From Candidatus Ozemobacteraceae bacterium (lineage in GTDB: Bacteria; Muiribacteriota; Ozemobacteria; Ozemobacterales; Ozemobacteraceae), in contig OZ223236.1 of assembly GCA_965140445.1 (NCBI GenBank), forward strand, positions 3,968,001-4,032,000: a stretch of DNA of 64,000 bases, read 5' to 3'. Made by a program: the position numbers and the translations under genes. The notes beneath the pieces are model-generated. The model searched no databases. It was given only the letters and a program-made list of their open reading frames with translations, and was not told the DNA's origin. Below, one piece after another: positions 1-9,362 of this stretch; the stretch's first letter is position 1, and each line of letters starts with the position of its first letter.

Positions 1-1818
1 GCCAAATTTACAATTGCACTAGCTGTTCTTACTCTGGCTTCATCCTCTGCTTTCTACCTATCGCTAAAGAATCCCAAACTCCAGGGAATTCTGGCAAAGA
101 TGCATTTAATGCCTCTAGTTGAAATGCACGGGCCGGCACTTGCTGCTATTTTCTACTCGGTAGCAATATTAGCCGCCATTGCAGGATTGCCAATACTACT
201 CGCAGCCATATTGAAGTTGTTCAATTTGATTACTGGTAAAATCCTCTTTCCGATCTTTGATTTTTTTGTAATGAAACTTCTACGCGGCTTTTATGTAATG
301 GTTTTAAAAATCCTTATGAGGCACGGGGTCCTCAGGGTTCTTTATTTCATTTTAACCATTGGAATTTTCTTTGTAAGCCTGAGATACCAGCCAGCAATGG
401 GCTTCTTTCCGAAAATGGATAAAGGGGAATTTATAATAATATTTGAAACCCCAGAAGGAACAAGCGTTGAGAAATCGGATGAAATAACCTCAAAGATCGA
501 AGCTATTCTTAAAGGTTACCCGGAAATTAACAAGGTCATTACCAATTCTAATGTTGGTGGAGGCGACCTCACAGCAAAGCTTATCCCTAACAAGGATAGA
601 AAACGAACCACAAATGAAATTATTGGTCTGGTCCGTGAACAAGTTGCAAAAATTCCAGGCTACAGAACCATAAACTACAAAGAACCGCAGATGGGAAAAC
701 CGTCCAGAGGAAAATCTATTCAGATTGAAATCATGGGCGATGATTTTGCCATTCTGGAAGGAATTTGCCGAAAGGTTTACGACAAAATCAAAGATATCAA
801 GGGCTTGAAAGATCTTGAAGACGGCATTAATACTGGAAGACCTGAAGTTAGACTTGTTTTCGACAGAGAAAAAATCCGCGATCTTGGTTTAAGTCTTTCC
901 AAGATAGCTGGCATGGCAAGAAGCTACGTCTATGGGTCACTGGCTGGAAAATATAAAGAAAACAACGATGAATTTGATATCAGAGTTGAATCTTCAGATT
1001 TATCCAAAGACAAAATTGCAAAATTCATGGAGCTGGAAATAGCACTTGAAAAAGGAAAATTTCTCAAGCTTTCACAAATAGCTCAATTTAGACCTTCAGC
1101 AGGTTACAGTACTATTGAAAGAAAAAATCTTGCACGAAGGCTAATTGTTCAAGCCGATCCAGATGGAAAGTCAATTGGAGCACTGGTAACTGAAATTTCT
1201 GATAGAATAAAAGACATTAAGGTACCGCCTGGATACGTTATAAACTTTGGCGGTGAAAATGAAGACATGAAAGAAGCTTTCGGCTATCTTGCCCTGGCAT
1301 TGGTAGCTTCTATTCTCCTTGTTTACATGATTATGGCTTCCCAATTTGAATCCATTGTCTATCCGTTCATCATCATGTTTACAATCCCTCTTTCCTATAT
1401 GGGTGTTGTGGGTGGCTTAAACATCATGGGATTTGAATTTAGTATTACTGCCATGATTGGAATAATTATGCTGGCGGGTATTGCGGTTAACAACGGTATT
1501 ATCCTGATTGAGTATATTATTCTTCGTCGGGAAACGCTTCACGAGACAACTTATGAAGCAACCATCATGGCAGGGACTCTTAGATTCAGACCAATCCTTA
1601 TGACCGTATTTACTACAACTCTTGGCATGCTGCCACTAGCTTTGGGTATTGGAGCTGGATCAGATTTCTATCAACCGCTGGCCATTTCCGTAACAGGTGG
1701 GTTAATGGTTTCTACGGTTTTGACTCTAACCTTTGTTCCAACAGTTTTTGTGATTGTTGAAGATATCCTTCACTTTTTCAAAAAACTTGTCTCAGGAATT
1801 TCAATTCCAACAAAATAA
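1..1818 (+). CDS. RND efflux transporter permease (AcrB/AcrD/AcrF family), C-terminal half; truncated by window edge
   Basis: Frame is open from base 1. Motifs FFPKMDKGEF, MASQFES...PFIIMFTIPLS, GIAVNNGIILIE and LRFRPILMT...GMLPLALG...YQPLAISVTGGL are typical of RND TM7-TM12. Confidence 0.93.
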   Translation, partial: AKFTIALAVLTLASSSAFYLSLKNPKLQGILAKMHLMPLVEMHGPALAAIFYSVAILAAIAGLPILLAAILKLFNLITGKILFPIFDFFVMKLLRGFYVMVLKILMRHGVLRVLYFILTIGIFFVSLRYQPAMGFFPKMDKGEFIIIFETPEGTSVEKSDEITSKIEAILKGYPEINKVITNSNVGGGDLTAKLIPNKDRKRTTNEIIGLVREQVAKIPGYRTINYKEPQMGKPSRGKSIQIEIMGDDFAILEGICRKVYDKIKDIKGLKDLEDGINTGRPEVRLVFDREKIRDLGLSLSKIAGMARSYVYGSLAGKYKENNDEFDIRVESSDLSKDKIAKFMELEIALEKGKFLKLSQIAQFRPSAGYSTIERKNLARRLIVQADPDGKSIGALVTEISDRIKDIKVPPGYVINFGGENEDMKEAFGYLALALVASILLVYMIMASQFESIVYPFIIMFTIPLSYMGVVGGLNIMGFEFSITAMIGIIMLAGIAVNNGIILIEYIILRRETLHETTYEATIMAGTLRFRPILMTVFTTTLGMLPLALGIGAGSDFYQPLAISVTGGLMVSTVLTLTFVPTVFVIVEDILHFFKKLVSGISIPTK

Positions 1819-1835
1819 GCTAATCATTAAGTTTT

Positions 1836-1879
1836 GAGGCAGATCGGCCGAATAAAGGCAGGTCTGCTTCTTACTTTTT
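1836..1879 (+). terminator. Probable intrinsic terminator after the RND gene
   Basis: GAGGCAGATC...GGTCTGCTTC stem (with G-U pairs) followed by TTACTTTTT. Confidence 0.55.
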
Positions 1880-1901
1880 AGACCTCACGTAGGCAAAAAA
1901 G

Positions 1902-1930
1902 TTGCCATAAAAGCAAACTTGAGGTAGAAT
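1902..1930 (+). promoter_or_regulatory. Sigma70-type promoter for arcA
   Basis: TTGCCA-17 bp-TAGAAT ending 42 bp upstream of the ATG; AAGGA RBS upstream of the start. Confidence 0.6.
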
Positions 1931-1972
1931 TTCATCCCTTCAGGATTTACAAAACATTCAAAAGGACACAGT

Positions 1973-3241
1973 ATGATAGCGCAGCAATTGAAGTTTGATA
2001 TTGGTGTAAACTCTGAGATTGGCCAACTCGAAGGAGTCATTCTCCATACTCCAGGCCTTGAAATTGAAAATATGACACCAGAAAATGCAGAAAGAGCACT
2101 TTATAGTGATATTTTGAATCTTTCTGTAGCCTCAGTAGAGTACACTCAACTTAAAACAGTAATGAGCAAGGTCTGCAGAACATTTTATGTTAAAAATCTG
2201 CTTGAACAGGTCTTGCACAATTCCAAAGTCAGACAAACACTTATTGAGAAAATTCTTTTCAACGAAAATGCCGAAGATATCAGGGAAGAATTAATGGCTT
2301 TGGACGAAAAAAACCTGGCTAAATGTCTGCTGGAAGGCATGAGCATGAAAAAGGACAATTTGAGTAAATTTCTTAGCAAAGAAAAATACTCATTGCGCCC
2401 ACTTCACAACTTTTTCTTCACCAGAGATTCCTCAATTACAATCAATGATTGGGTTCTAATTGCTCATATGGCCAATAAGGTCAGAACAAGAGAATCGATG
2501 ATCATGGAAGCTATATTTGATTTTCATCCTCTCTTTAGTGCTAGAACAGTTAACCCACTCACGATTGAGGGCGACACCAGCAATTTGAAAATTGAAGGTG
2601 GCGATATACTTATTGCCAGAGAAGACATTCTTTTGGTTGGGATTGGCGCAAGAACAACCCCGCAGGCCATTGATTTCCTGATTGAGCACTTTAAACGACT
2701 TGGCAAGAGACATCACATTGTTGTTCAGGAATTACCGATTCAACCAGAATCATTTATTCATCTGGATATGGTATTCACTCTTCTTGATGTTGATAAATGT
2801 ATGATTTATGAACCGGTTATCTTGCAGCCAAATCGCTTTAAAACGGTTCACATCGACATTGATAATGGCGAAGTAAAAACCATCAGAGAAGAACATAACA
2901 TTCTTACCGCCCTTTCTCATCTGGGAATGGATCTCAAGCCAATAAGCTGTGGCGGTACCTCCTCTGACCCCTGGATACAAGAAAGAGAACAATGGCATAG
3001 CGGCGCGAACTTCTTTTGCCTTGGCCCTGGAAAAATCATTGGCTACAGACGAAATGTAAACACTATTGAAGAGCTTGACCGCAATGGTTTTGAAATCATT
3101 GATGCATTGGATGTAATTGAGAATAAAGTTGATCTGGACACATACAACAAATATGTTGTCACCATTGACGGTTCAGAACTTGCGCGTGGAGGCGGCGGTT
3201 GTAGATGTATGACCATGCCAATAAGAAGAGCTGCGGTTTAA
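1973..3241 (+). CDS. arcA: Arginine deiminase
   Basis: VNSEIGQL..VILHTPG, NFFFTRD, IEGGD, FIHLDMVFT and C-terminal SELARGGGGCRCMTMP carrying the catalytic Cys. Confidence 0.95.
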   Translation: MIAQQLKFDIGVNSEIGQLEGVILHTPGLEIENMTPENAERALYSDILNLSVASVEYTQLKTVMSKVCRTFYVKNLLEQVLHNSKVRQTLIEKILFNENAEDIREELMALDEKNLAKCLLEGMSMKKDNLSKFLSKEKYSLRPLHNFFFTRDSSITINDWVLIAHMANKVRTRESMIMEAIFDFHPLFSARTVNPLTIEGDTSNLKIEGGDILIAREDILLVGIGARTTPQAIDFLIEHFKRLGKRHHIVVQELPIQPESFIHLDMVFTLLDVDKCMIYEPVILQPNRFKTVHIDIDNGEVKTIREEHNILTALSHLGMDLKPISCGGTSSDPWIQEREQWHSGANFFCLGPGKIIGYRRNVNTIEELDRNGFEIIDALDVIENKVDLDTYNKYVVTIDGSELARGGGGCRCMTMPIRRAAV

Positions 3242-3293
3242 TATTCGTTAAATCTGCGATTTTTGCCTTTCAAATTTTCTTAAACTCGTCTAG

Positions 3294-3331
3294 AATAAAG
3301 CCTGAAGGATAATTCTTCAGGCTTTATTTTT
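3294..3331 (+). terminator. Intrinsic terminator after arcA
   Basis: Perfect stem AATAAAGCCTGAAG / CTTCAGGCTTTATT followed by a T run. Confidence 0.8.
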
Positions 3332-3413
3332 CTATATTAGTTACCCGGATTTATAAGAAGAAATAGACTAAGAATGGCATAGAGGCGAGATTTAAAAGCG
3401 GTGAGTCATAAAA

Positions 3414-6236
3414 ATGACAAAAGTTGAAACTGAAAAACTTGCGTCTTTTTCTGAACGTGCAACCATATTGGTGATGTTGGTTGCGATTTTTCTATCAACA
3501 CTTCTTGGAATTGAATCATGGTTTAGCGGTAAAATTGAGCATAGAAAAACAACTATTCTTGATTTTCAAAAACAAGTATTAAAAAAAATAGCTGCTAAAA
3601 CTGAACCTGAGATATTTCTATCTCGAAAAATCCTGCCTCTATTAAAAACTCAATTAGAGCATCCAGAGCGACTAAAGCAAACAAGGGATTTCTTTTTCTT
3701 AAAATATGGAATAGATCTTAATTTTTATACCTTTGATAAAAAAGCCAGATTAAAGCAATCTGCCCCAAAAAGAGCTCCAAATATTTGGTTAATGAAAAAT
3801 CTTTTTCCTGCATTAATCGAAAAAGATGGAAAAAAAATCAAAGCATTAGGGAAAAAACTCGATAGAAAAATCCAGTTTTCCTTTGGCTTCGGCAAAGACC
3901 TGATTTCTTTAAAAAAGAATGAGGAAAGATTAATTGAAACCAGTTTTGACCAAAAAACAGGCTTCTTTACCTGGACCAACCGAAAAAATGGTGGACTAAT
4001 AATTTACTGCCCGGAAATTCCAAAAGCAAAAGCAATCTTCAGACAAACTCTTTTGGGCAGCAAAAAACCAGAAGGCCTCATTTCAGCCGGACACTTGAAT
4101 CCTGACCACCACAAACAAAGTTTTGGACTTCCAGAAAGAGCATTTTCACAAATTGCAAAAACTGGAGAAGAATCAATCCGATTTGCTGGCTATGATTGGG
4201 CTTTTACCAAAACGGCATCTGGGAACATTTTATTCACCTGCTTTAAAATTGGTAAGAATAATTATCTTCACGCTCTACACATTACCCGTTTAATCTGTTT
4301 AATCATGGGAATTTGCTCCCTTTGTTACTTTGGCTTTTCCTCAAAGCCACTTCAGCTGAAAACCCTGCTGATAACCATGTTCTTTGCTTCTTCAATGATT
4401 CCTTTGAGCGGAATAGCAATCACCACAATAGATAACCTTGATGTCTACAGGGAGATTCAAACGAACAAAATCAGAGCTGGACAAGAAGAAGCCCTTGGTA
4501 ATATTGCTCAGAATTTTTCAGCTTATCTGGCTTCAAGTTCCCTTACACTAATGAAACTTACAGAATCACCTGGAATTAGTGGGAATTCTAAAGAAGCCAT
4601 TTCCATGAAAAGAAGAATTCTTTCTATTTTTCCAGATGCCCAGATAACTGTAAGAAACGCTGGCGCCCAGCTTCTATACTCCCATGGGCTTCCCGGCTCT
4701 CCAGGTCGTGAGACGGTTTTTAAATCGCTCTCCCGTAGAATGATAGAGCGATATGCGCCAACGAGACTAAATGAGCACAAATATAGCGGCAACCCTTTTT
4801 CTGACTCAATGGCAAACAAAGATGACATGGGTTTTTCAACCCTTATAAACCATCCAAACTCACTCCAGTTGGTCAGGACTGGAAATGCTGAATCCCTGCT
4901 ATTTTACCGCACCCTTCCCGCAAGCGCCGGAGATTGCGCAATGGTACAAGTTGAGCTTTCAACTTTTGCTACCATGAAAAAATATTTTAAGAGCCTTGAA
5001 AAAAAGCATTTTGAAGTTGGAACCTTACGCATAGATATTTCAGCCTTTTTCCAGAAAGGTTACCGGTGGTCTCTCCCGCCACTGAGAAAAAGAGAGCAAA
5101 GAATTTTATCGCTTGCGGAACAAACTGTTGCAGTTGGAAAATCCCAGTTTGAAAGATACTCAGACTCAGATTCATTAAATGGATTTTGTCTATGTATGCA
5201 GGTTCCAGAATTATCCGGCAATTGTCTGATCGCTTATTGTTCTGCCAACCAGATGGACCAGCAACTAAACAAAATGAAAAAACGCATCGGCCTGGGAGCT
5301 CTGCTGGCATTGGTAATCATCTTCTTTATTGTTTCCTGGATTTCCAAACAGCTGATTTCCCCGCTGGAACATCTTAGCAAAGGAGTTCAAGCATTGTTTG
5401 AGAGGAAGTTTGAGTCCAGACTTCCTGAGCCAGGCGGAAGTGATGAGATGGCAAAGTTATTTTCAGCTTTTAATGAAATGATGGCAGAAAGTTACGATAT
5501 GCAAATAGCTCATAATGTCCAGGAAGGCTTAATACCTCATAAATTTCCTGAAATAGAAAACTATTCTATGCATGGCATGCTACGATCGGCTTCAGACCTT
5601 GGTGGGGATTGTCTTGATTGTTTCATGATGAATGAAACAAAGTTATTGTTTTTAATAGGTGATATCACCGGGCATGGAGTAGGTTCAGCTCTGATAATGG
5701 CTTTTTCCAGGGCAATAACTTTTCACTGGAGCCAGAAAGGTTCTGGACTTCCCACTGAACTAACGGATCAAATCGACGAAATGCTTCGAAAAAATAAAAC
5801 AGACCGTATGTTTATGGGAATAATCTGTGGCACACTTGACCTGGAAACAAATGAAGTTGAGATCGTTGTAAAGGGACACATCTATCCCCTTTTAATCAAG
5901 AAGGATTCCAGAAAAGAATGGGTTGGCATTCCAGCCTTTCCACTCGGTATTGGACGTCCATCCCCCTCAAAATCCACAAGATTCATTCTTGAGGAGGGGG
6001 ACAGATTACTGTGCGTTACAGATGGATTTCTTGAAGGACTAAATTCCAACATGGAAATGATTGGATTTGACCGAATTGAAAATTGGGCAGACGAAGCATT
6101 TTCGGTAGACTCAAAGACCTGGATAGCTAATCTTGATGAACTGTACCATAAATGGTGTGGCAACTTTCAGGCCGATGATATTTCCATTTTTGCCTTGTCC
6201 CACTTAAACAGGGAGAATACAAGTGAGCAGCAATAA
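3414..6236 (+). CDS. Membrane sensor with HAMP and PP2C/SpoIIE (RsbU-like) phosphatase domains
   Basis: Several TM segments; HAMP (ISPLEHLSKGV...DEMAKLFSAFNEM); PP2C motifs GGD, GDITGHG, TDG and ADDISI. Confidence 0.88.
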   Translation: MTKVETEKLASFSERATILVMLVAIFLSTLLGIESWFSGKIEHRKTTILDFQKQVLKKIAAKTEPEIFLSRKILPLLKTQLEHPERLKQTRDFFFLKYGIDLNFYTFDKKARLKQSAPKRAPNIWLMKNLFPALIEKDGKKIKALGKKLDRKIQFSFGFGKDLISLKKNEERLIETSFDQKTGFFTWTNRKNGGLIIYCPEIPKAKAIFRQTLLGSKKPEGLISAGHLNPDHHKQSFGLPERAFSQIAKTGEESIRFAGYDWAFTKTASGNILFTCFKIGKNNYLHALHITRLICLIMGICSLCYFGFSSKPLQLKTLLITMFFASSMIPLSGIAITTIDNLDVYREIQTNKIRAGQEEALGNIAQNFSAYLASSSLTLMKLTESPGISGNSKEAISMKRRILSIFPDAQITVRNAGAQLLYSHGLPGSPGRETVFKSLSRRMIERYAPTRLNEHKYSGNPFSDSMANKDDMGFSTLINHPNSLQLVRTGNAESLLFYRTLPASAGDCAMVQVELSTFATMKKYFKSLEKKHFEVGTLRIDISAFFQKGYRWSLPPLRKREQRILSLAEQTVAVGKSQFERYSDSDSLNGFCLCMQVPELSGNCLIAYCSANQMDQQLNKMKKRIGLGALLALVIIFFIVSWISKQLISPLEHLSKGVQALFERKFESRLPEPGGSDEMAKLFSAFNEMMAESYDMQIAHNVQEGLIPHKFPEIENYSMHGMLRSASDLGGDCLDCFMMNETKLLFLIGDITGHGVGSALIMAFSRAITFHWSQKGSGLPTELTDQIDEMLRKNKTDRMFMGIICGTLDLETNEVEIVVKGHIYPLLIKKDSRKEWVGIPAFPLGIGRPSPSKSTRFILEEGDRLLCVTDGFLEGLNSNMEMIGFDRIENWADEAFSVDSKTWIANLDELYHKWCGNFQADDISIFALSHLNRENTSEQQ

Positions 6237-9099
6237 AAGAGAAAACATGGCTTCTTTTGGTCGCATTCTGCTGCTATTCGTAGGAATTCTACTCCTTTTT
6301 CTTTATTTAACGGCCTCGCAAACCCTTACCAAGCTTTTAAATGAACAAAATCGCAGAGAAATATTGAAAATAGAGTCCAGCATGGATGAAGTTGTTTCAA
6401 AGACGACTTTGCGTCCTTTTCTATTCAATCAGATTCAACAAATTTTAAAAATCTATGGGGATTCTGATTCAAACTTTTCAAGTATTTCTAATTTCTTTAA
6501 AGAATCGCAAAGCATCAAAAAGACCCTCATTCAGGGATATTTTTATGAAAACTTTAAGTTGGTCAAACACCTGAATTCACCGGCAGAAGATGTAGATTTT
6601 TTTGCCGACATTATGGAAAAAATGCACCTTGAAGGAGATCAATTAAAAGAAGCCCAGCGTGAAATACATGAAAAAATAATGGTCAGATTTGGCCCGGGAA
6701 ACAGATTAGAACTAATCAAGGATACATATAATGATCTCAGGGTTTTTAAGAAACTGGAAAAAAACAATTTTTACTTTTGGTGTGACTTGCCCGATAAAAA
6801 ATCTATTTTTCTTGTCATTACGGAGTTTCCTGAATTTGAAGAGCGATTCCAGATATTTAGAAAAGATGGCCTTTTTAAGAATTGTGGAGTCGGTATTTCT
6901 GGAAAGAATAGCTGTATCCCTCCAGAAAATACTATGCCTGACCAGCTTCTTGCAGCCAGGTTAAAAACAGGACTGGAAAGCAGTAACCATACATTTGCAT
7001 TTGGAAAAATTTGGTTCTTTTTAGAAGACGAATCAGGAGCTTTCTGGTGCAAGGCAATCCAGGACAAAAACAAAGATTCTGAAACAATAGTTCTAACCAG
7101 AATCCTATCTATCGTTTCAATAGTTCTCTGTATAACCTCGATAGCGCTGTATTTGCTCGCATTTCTAGGAATTTTCCCGGGGAAAAATTTCTGTGAGTTT
7201 ATGGATTCAATATCTATTAAATACAGAATTGCCGGCTTATTCTCCATGGCTTCTTTCTTCCCTGTATTATTCACTCTTTTAATTGGCGCAACAACAATTG
7301 GAGATAGAATAGAAATAATTGAAAATCAGGTGACAAGCGCAAGCATTTCCAACCTTAACCGGCTTGAGAAAATGGTTTCAAAAAAACTGGAAGCCAGTGA
7401 AAAAATGTGTAGGGAAATTAGAGAAACAATAAAAACTGTTCCTGCAACAGAGAAATTGTTTAGCGCATTCTTAAAGAAGTATAACCTTCCAAGACAAATG
7501 TCTCGCCTGGAAGTCAGAGATGGTGGCGGTGAAATTCTATTTACAACAGATGATAAAGAAATCCATGGGGTTACTCAAGCTATGGATGTTTTCAGCAGAA
7601 TAGCTTTAAAGCAGCATTCTCCTTCTCGCATGGGACTAAAGGCCAATATGGTAACTCCAGCCGAAATTGTAAGTGAATCCATTCTCTCCACAGACGAAAT
7701 AGGAATGGCTACCATCATGAGACAAAGTGGAAAGCAATGGCTTTTCAGAATGGGCACCTTCCCCACGGTCTGGTATTGGGATGTGTATCCGGAGATTTCT
7801 TCAGGACCGGCTTTTATAGCGGTTACAGCTCAAGTGATTGCCATATACTCAAAACAGATCAAAGAAGAGCTAACCAGGGTTGCGAAAGATAAAAACAACA
7901 TTCTTCTTTCAACGCCAATGAACAGCTATTATGCAAGTTTTAAACTGTTCCCCCAGATTGAAAATATGGACAATGAGAAACTTATCTCAGCAGCAATAAC
8001 AAGTTATAGAACTGGCAAGGTTGTAAAGCGCAACGCTGTGTTTGAAGGTAAAGAATACTGGCTTACGGTAAAACCAGAAAAAAACATTTCCAGTCATGTA
8101 TTTTTAAATCTAGTATCAAAAGCGGATAGACTCAAAGTTCTAACCCAACTAAAGTTCAGGCTGGCTTTTGGTGGAATTATTGCTCTCCTGGTTTCTCTGC
8201 TTGGTGCAAATCTAATCACCAGACTAATAATTTCCCCTGTTAATGATTTAGCTATGGGAATTGAAGCCATTAGAGAGAGAAATCACGATTTCAGAATCCC
8301 AGTAAGACGAGATGATGAATTCGGAACTTTATCAAATGCATTTAATACAGTCATTGAAGACTTGAAAGAACTGGAATATGGTAGAGTTGTTCAGACAAGT
8401 CTTCTGCCATCAAAAATCATTGCTCCCGAAGGCTATGAATTAGCATGTTTCAGAGCTTCTGCAACAGATCTGGCCGGTGATTATCACGATATTTTGCCGT
8501 TAAACGATGGACGAACCGGGATCATACTGGGAGATGTAACAGGACACGGTATCTCGGCTGCACTGGCCATGGCGATGGCTAAAGCGACGGTAGACTATAT
8601 GAAACTTGAAGGCACCCTCTTTCCGGGCCCCCTGATGGATCAGTTAAACGCGTTATTTAATCGAGAATTAAAGCCAAGACACAAGTTTATGACTTTAGTG
8701 ACACTTGTTTTAGAACCTGAATCAGGAAAACTTGAAGTGGATAATGCCGGGCAATCTTATCCCTATTATTATAACTACGCATCCAAGACCGCAGAAGAAG
8801 TAAAAATCCCATCAATGCCTCTTGGAGCAACCAAAAAGCGAAGGTCAAAACCAGAAGTAAAAATGATGCAGCCCGGAGATGCTGTTATCCTGTACTCAGA
8901 TGGAATCATTGAGTGCTCAGATGAAACAGAAGAAATGTTTGGTTATGACAGATTCTATGAAACCTACGTAGAGTTGTTAGATAAAGGTCTTTCAGCTGAA
9001 AAGGTCCTGGAACAAATGATAGATGCCCTGGAAACTTTTAGAAAACCTGGGCCCTATCCGGATGATGTTACATTAGTAATTTTAAGAAGACTCAAATAG
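6223..9099 (+). CDS. Second membrane HAMP-PP2C/SpoIIE phosphatase, paralog of the upstream gene
   Basis: HAMP (ISPVNDLAMGI...DEFGTLSNAFN); LAGDYHD, GDVTGHG, YSDG and PDDVTLV. Start is uncertain (GTG 6223 or ATG 6247). Confidence 0.88.
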   Translation: MSSNKRENMASFGRILLLFVGILLLFLYLTASQTLTKLLNEQNRREILKIESSMDEVVSKTTLRPFLFNQIQQILKIYGDSDSNFSSISNFFKESQSIKKTLIQGYFYENFKLVKHLNSPAEDVDFFADIMEKMHLEGDQLKEAQREIHEKIMVRFGPGNRLELIKDTYNDLRVFKKLEKNNFYFWCDLPDKKSIFLVITEFPEFEERFQIFRKDGLFKNCGVGISGKNSCIPPENTMPDQLLAARLKTGLESSNHTFAFGKIWFFLEDESGAFWCKAIQDKNKDSETIVLTRILSIVSIVLCITSIALYLLAFLGIFPGKNFCEFMDSISIKYRIAGLFSMASFFPVLFTLLIGATTIGDRIEIIENQVTSASISNLNRLEKMVSKKLEASEKMCREIRETIKTVPATEKLFSAFLKKYNLPRQMSRLEVRDGGGEILFTTDDKEIHGVTQAMDVFSRIALKQHSPSRMGLKANMVTPAEIVSESILSTDEIGMATIMRQSGKQWLFRMGTFPTVWYWDVYPEISSGPAFIAVTAQVIAIYSKQIKEELTRVAKDKNNILLSTPMNSYYASFKLFPQIENMDNEKLISAAITSYRTGKVVKRNAVFEGKEYWLTVKPEKNISSHVFLNLVSKADRLKVLTQLKFRLAFGGIIALLVSLLGANLITRLIISPVNDLAMGIEAIRERNHDFRIPVRRDDEFGTLSNAFNTVIEDLKELEYGRVVQTSLLPSKIIAPEGYELACFRASATDLAGDYHDILPLNDGRTGIILGDVTGHGISAALAMAMAKATVDYMKLEGTLFPGPLMDQLNALFNRELKPRHKFMTLVTLVLEPESGKLEVDNAGQSYPYYYNYASKTAEEVKIPSMPLGATKKRRSKPEVKMMQPGDAVILYSDGIIECSDETEEMFGYDRFYETYVELLDKGLSAEKVLEQMIDALETFRKPGPYPDDVTLVILRRLK

Positions 9100-9305
9100 T
9101 TTTGTAGCTTATAAGAAGCGCTAACAAGAATCATAAGTCACCAGAGCATTTCTCTTAACCTTCTTAGGATTAAAGCTTACTGGATGGATTTCAAATTGCC
9201 CATTATTTCCCAATTCACAAAACCTGACAGCCCTCAAATGAAAATATAGCCAACAATATTGCCAGCTATTAAAACGCTTTATGAAGCAAAAAAATCTGTA
9301 AAAAC

Positions 9306-9339
9306 AAAACTCCCCCACCTATAAGGCGGGGGAGTTTTT
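9306..9339 (-). terminator. Intrinsic terminator, probably bidirectional, between convergent genes
   Basis: Minus strand reads AAAAACTCCCCCGCCT-TAT-AGGTGGGGGAGTTTT; A/T tracts on both flanks. Confidence 0.8.
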
Positions 9340-9362
9340 ATATTTTAAGTGACGCTTAGAGA

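Noticed and set aside
9121..9318. 65-aa minus-strand ORF
   Set aside because: It starts inside the terminator hairpin, has no RBS and no recognisable motif.
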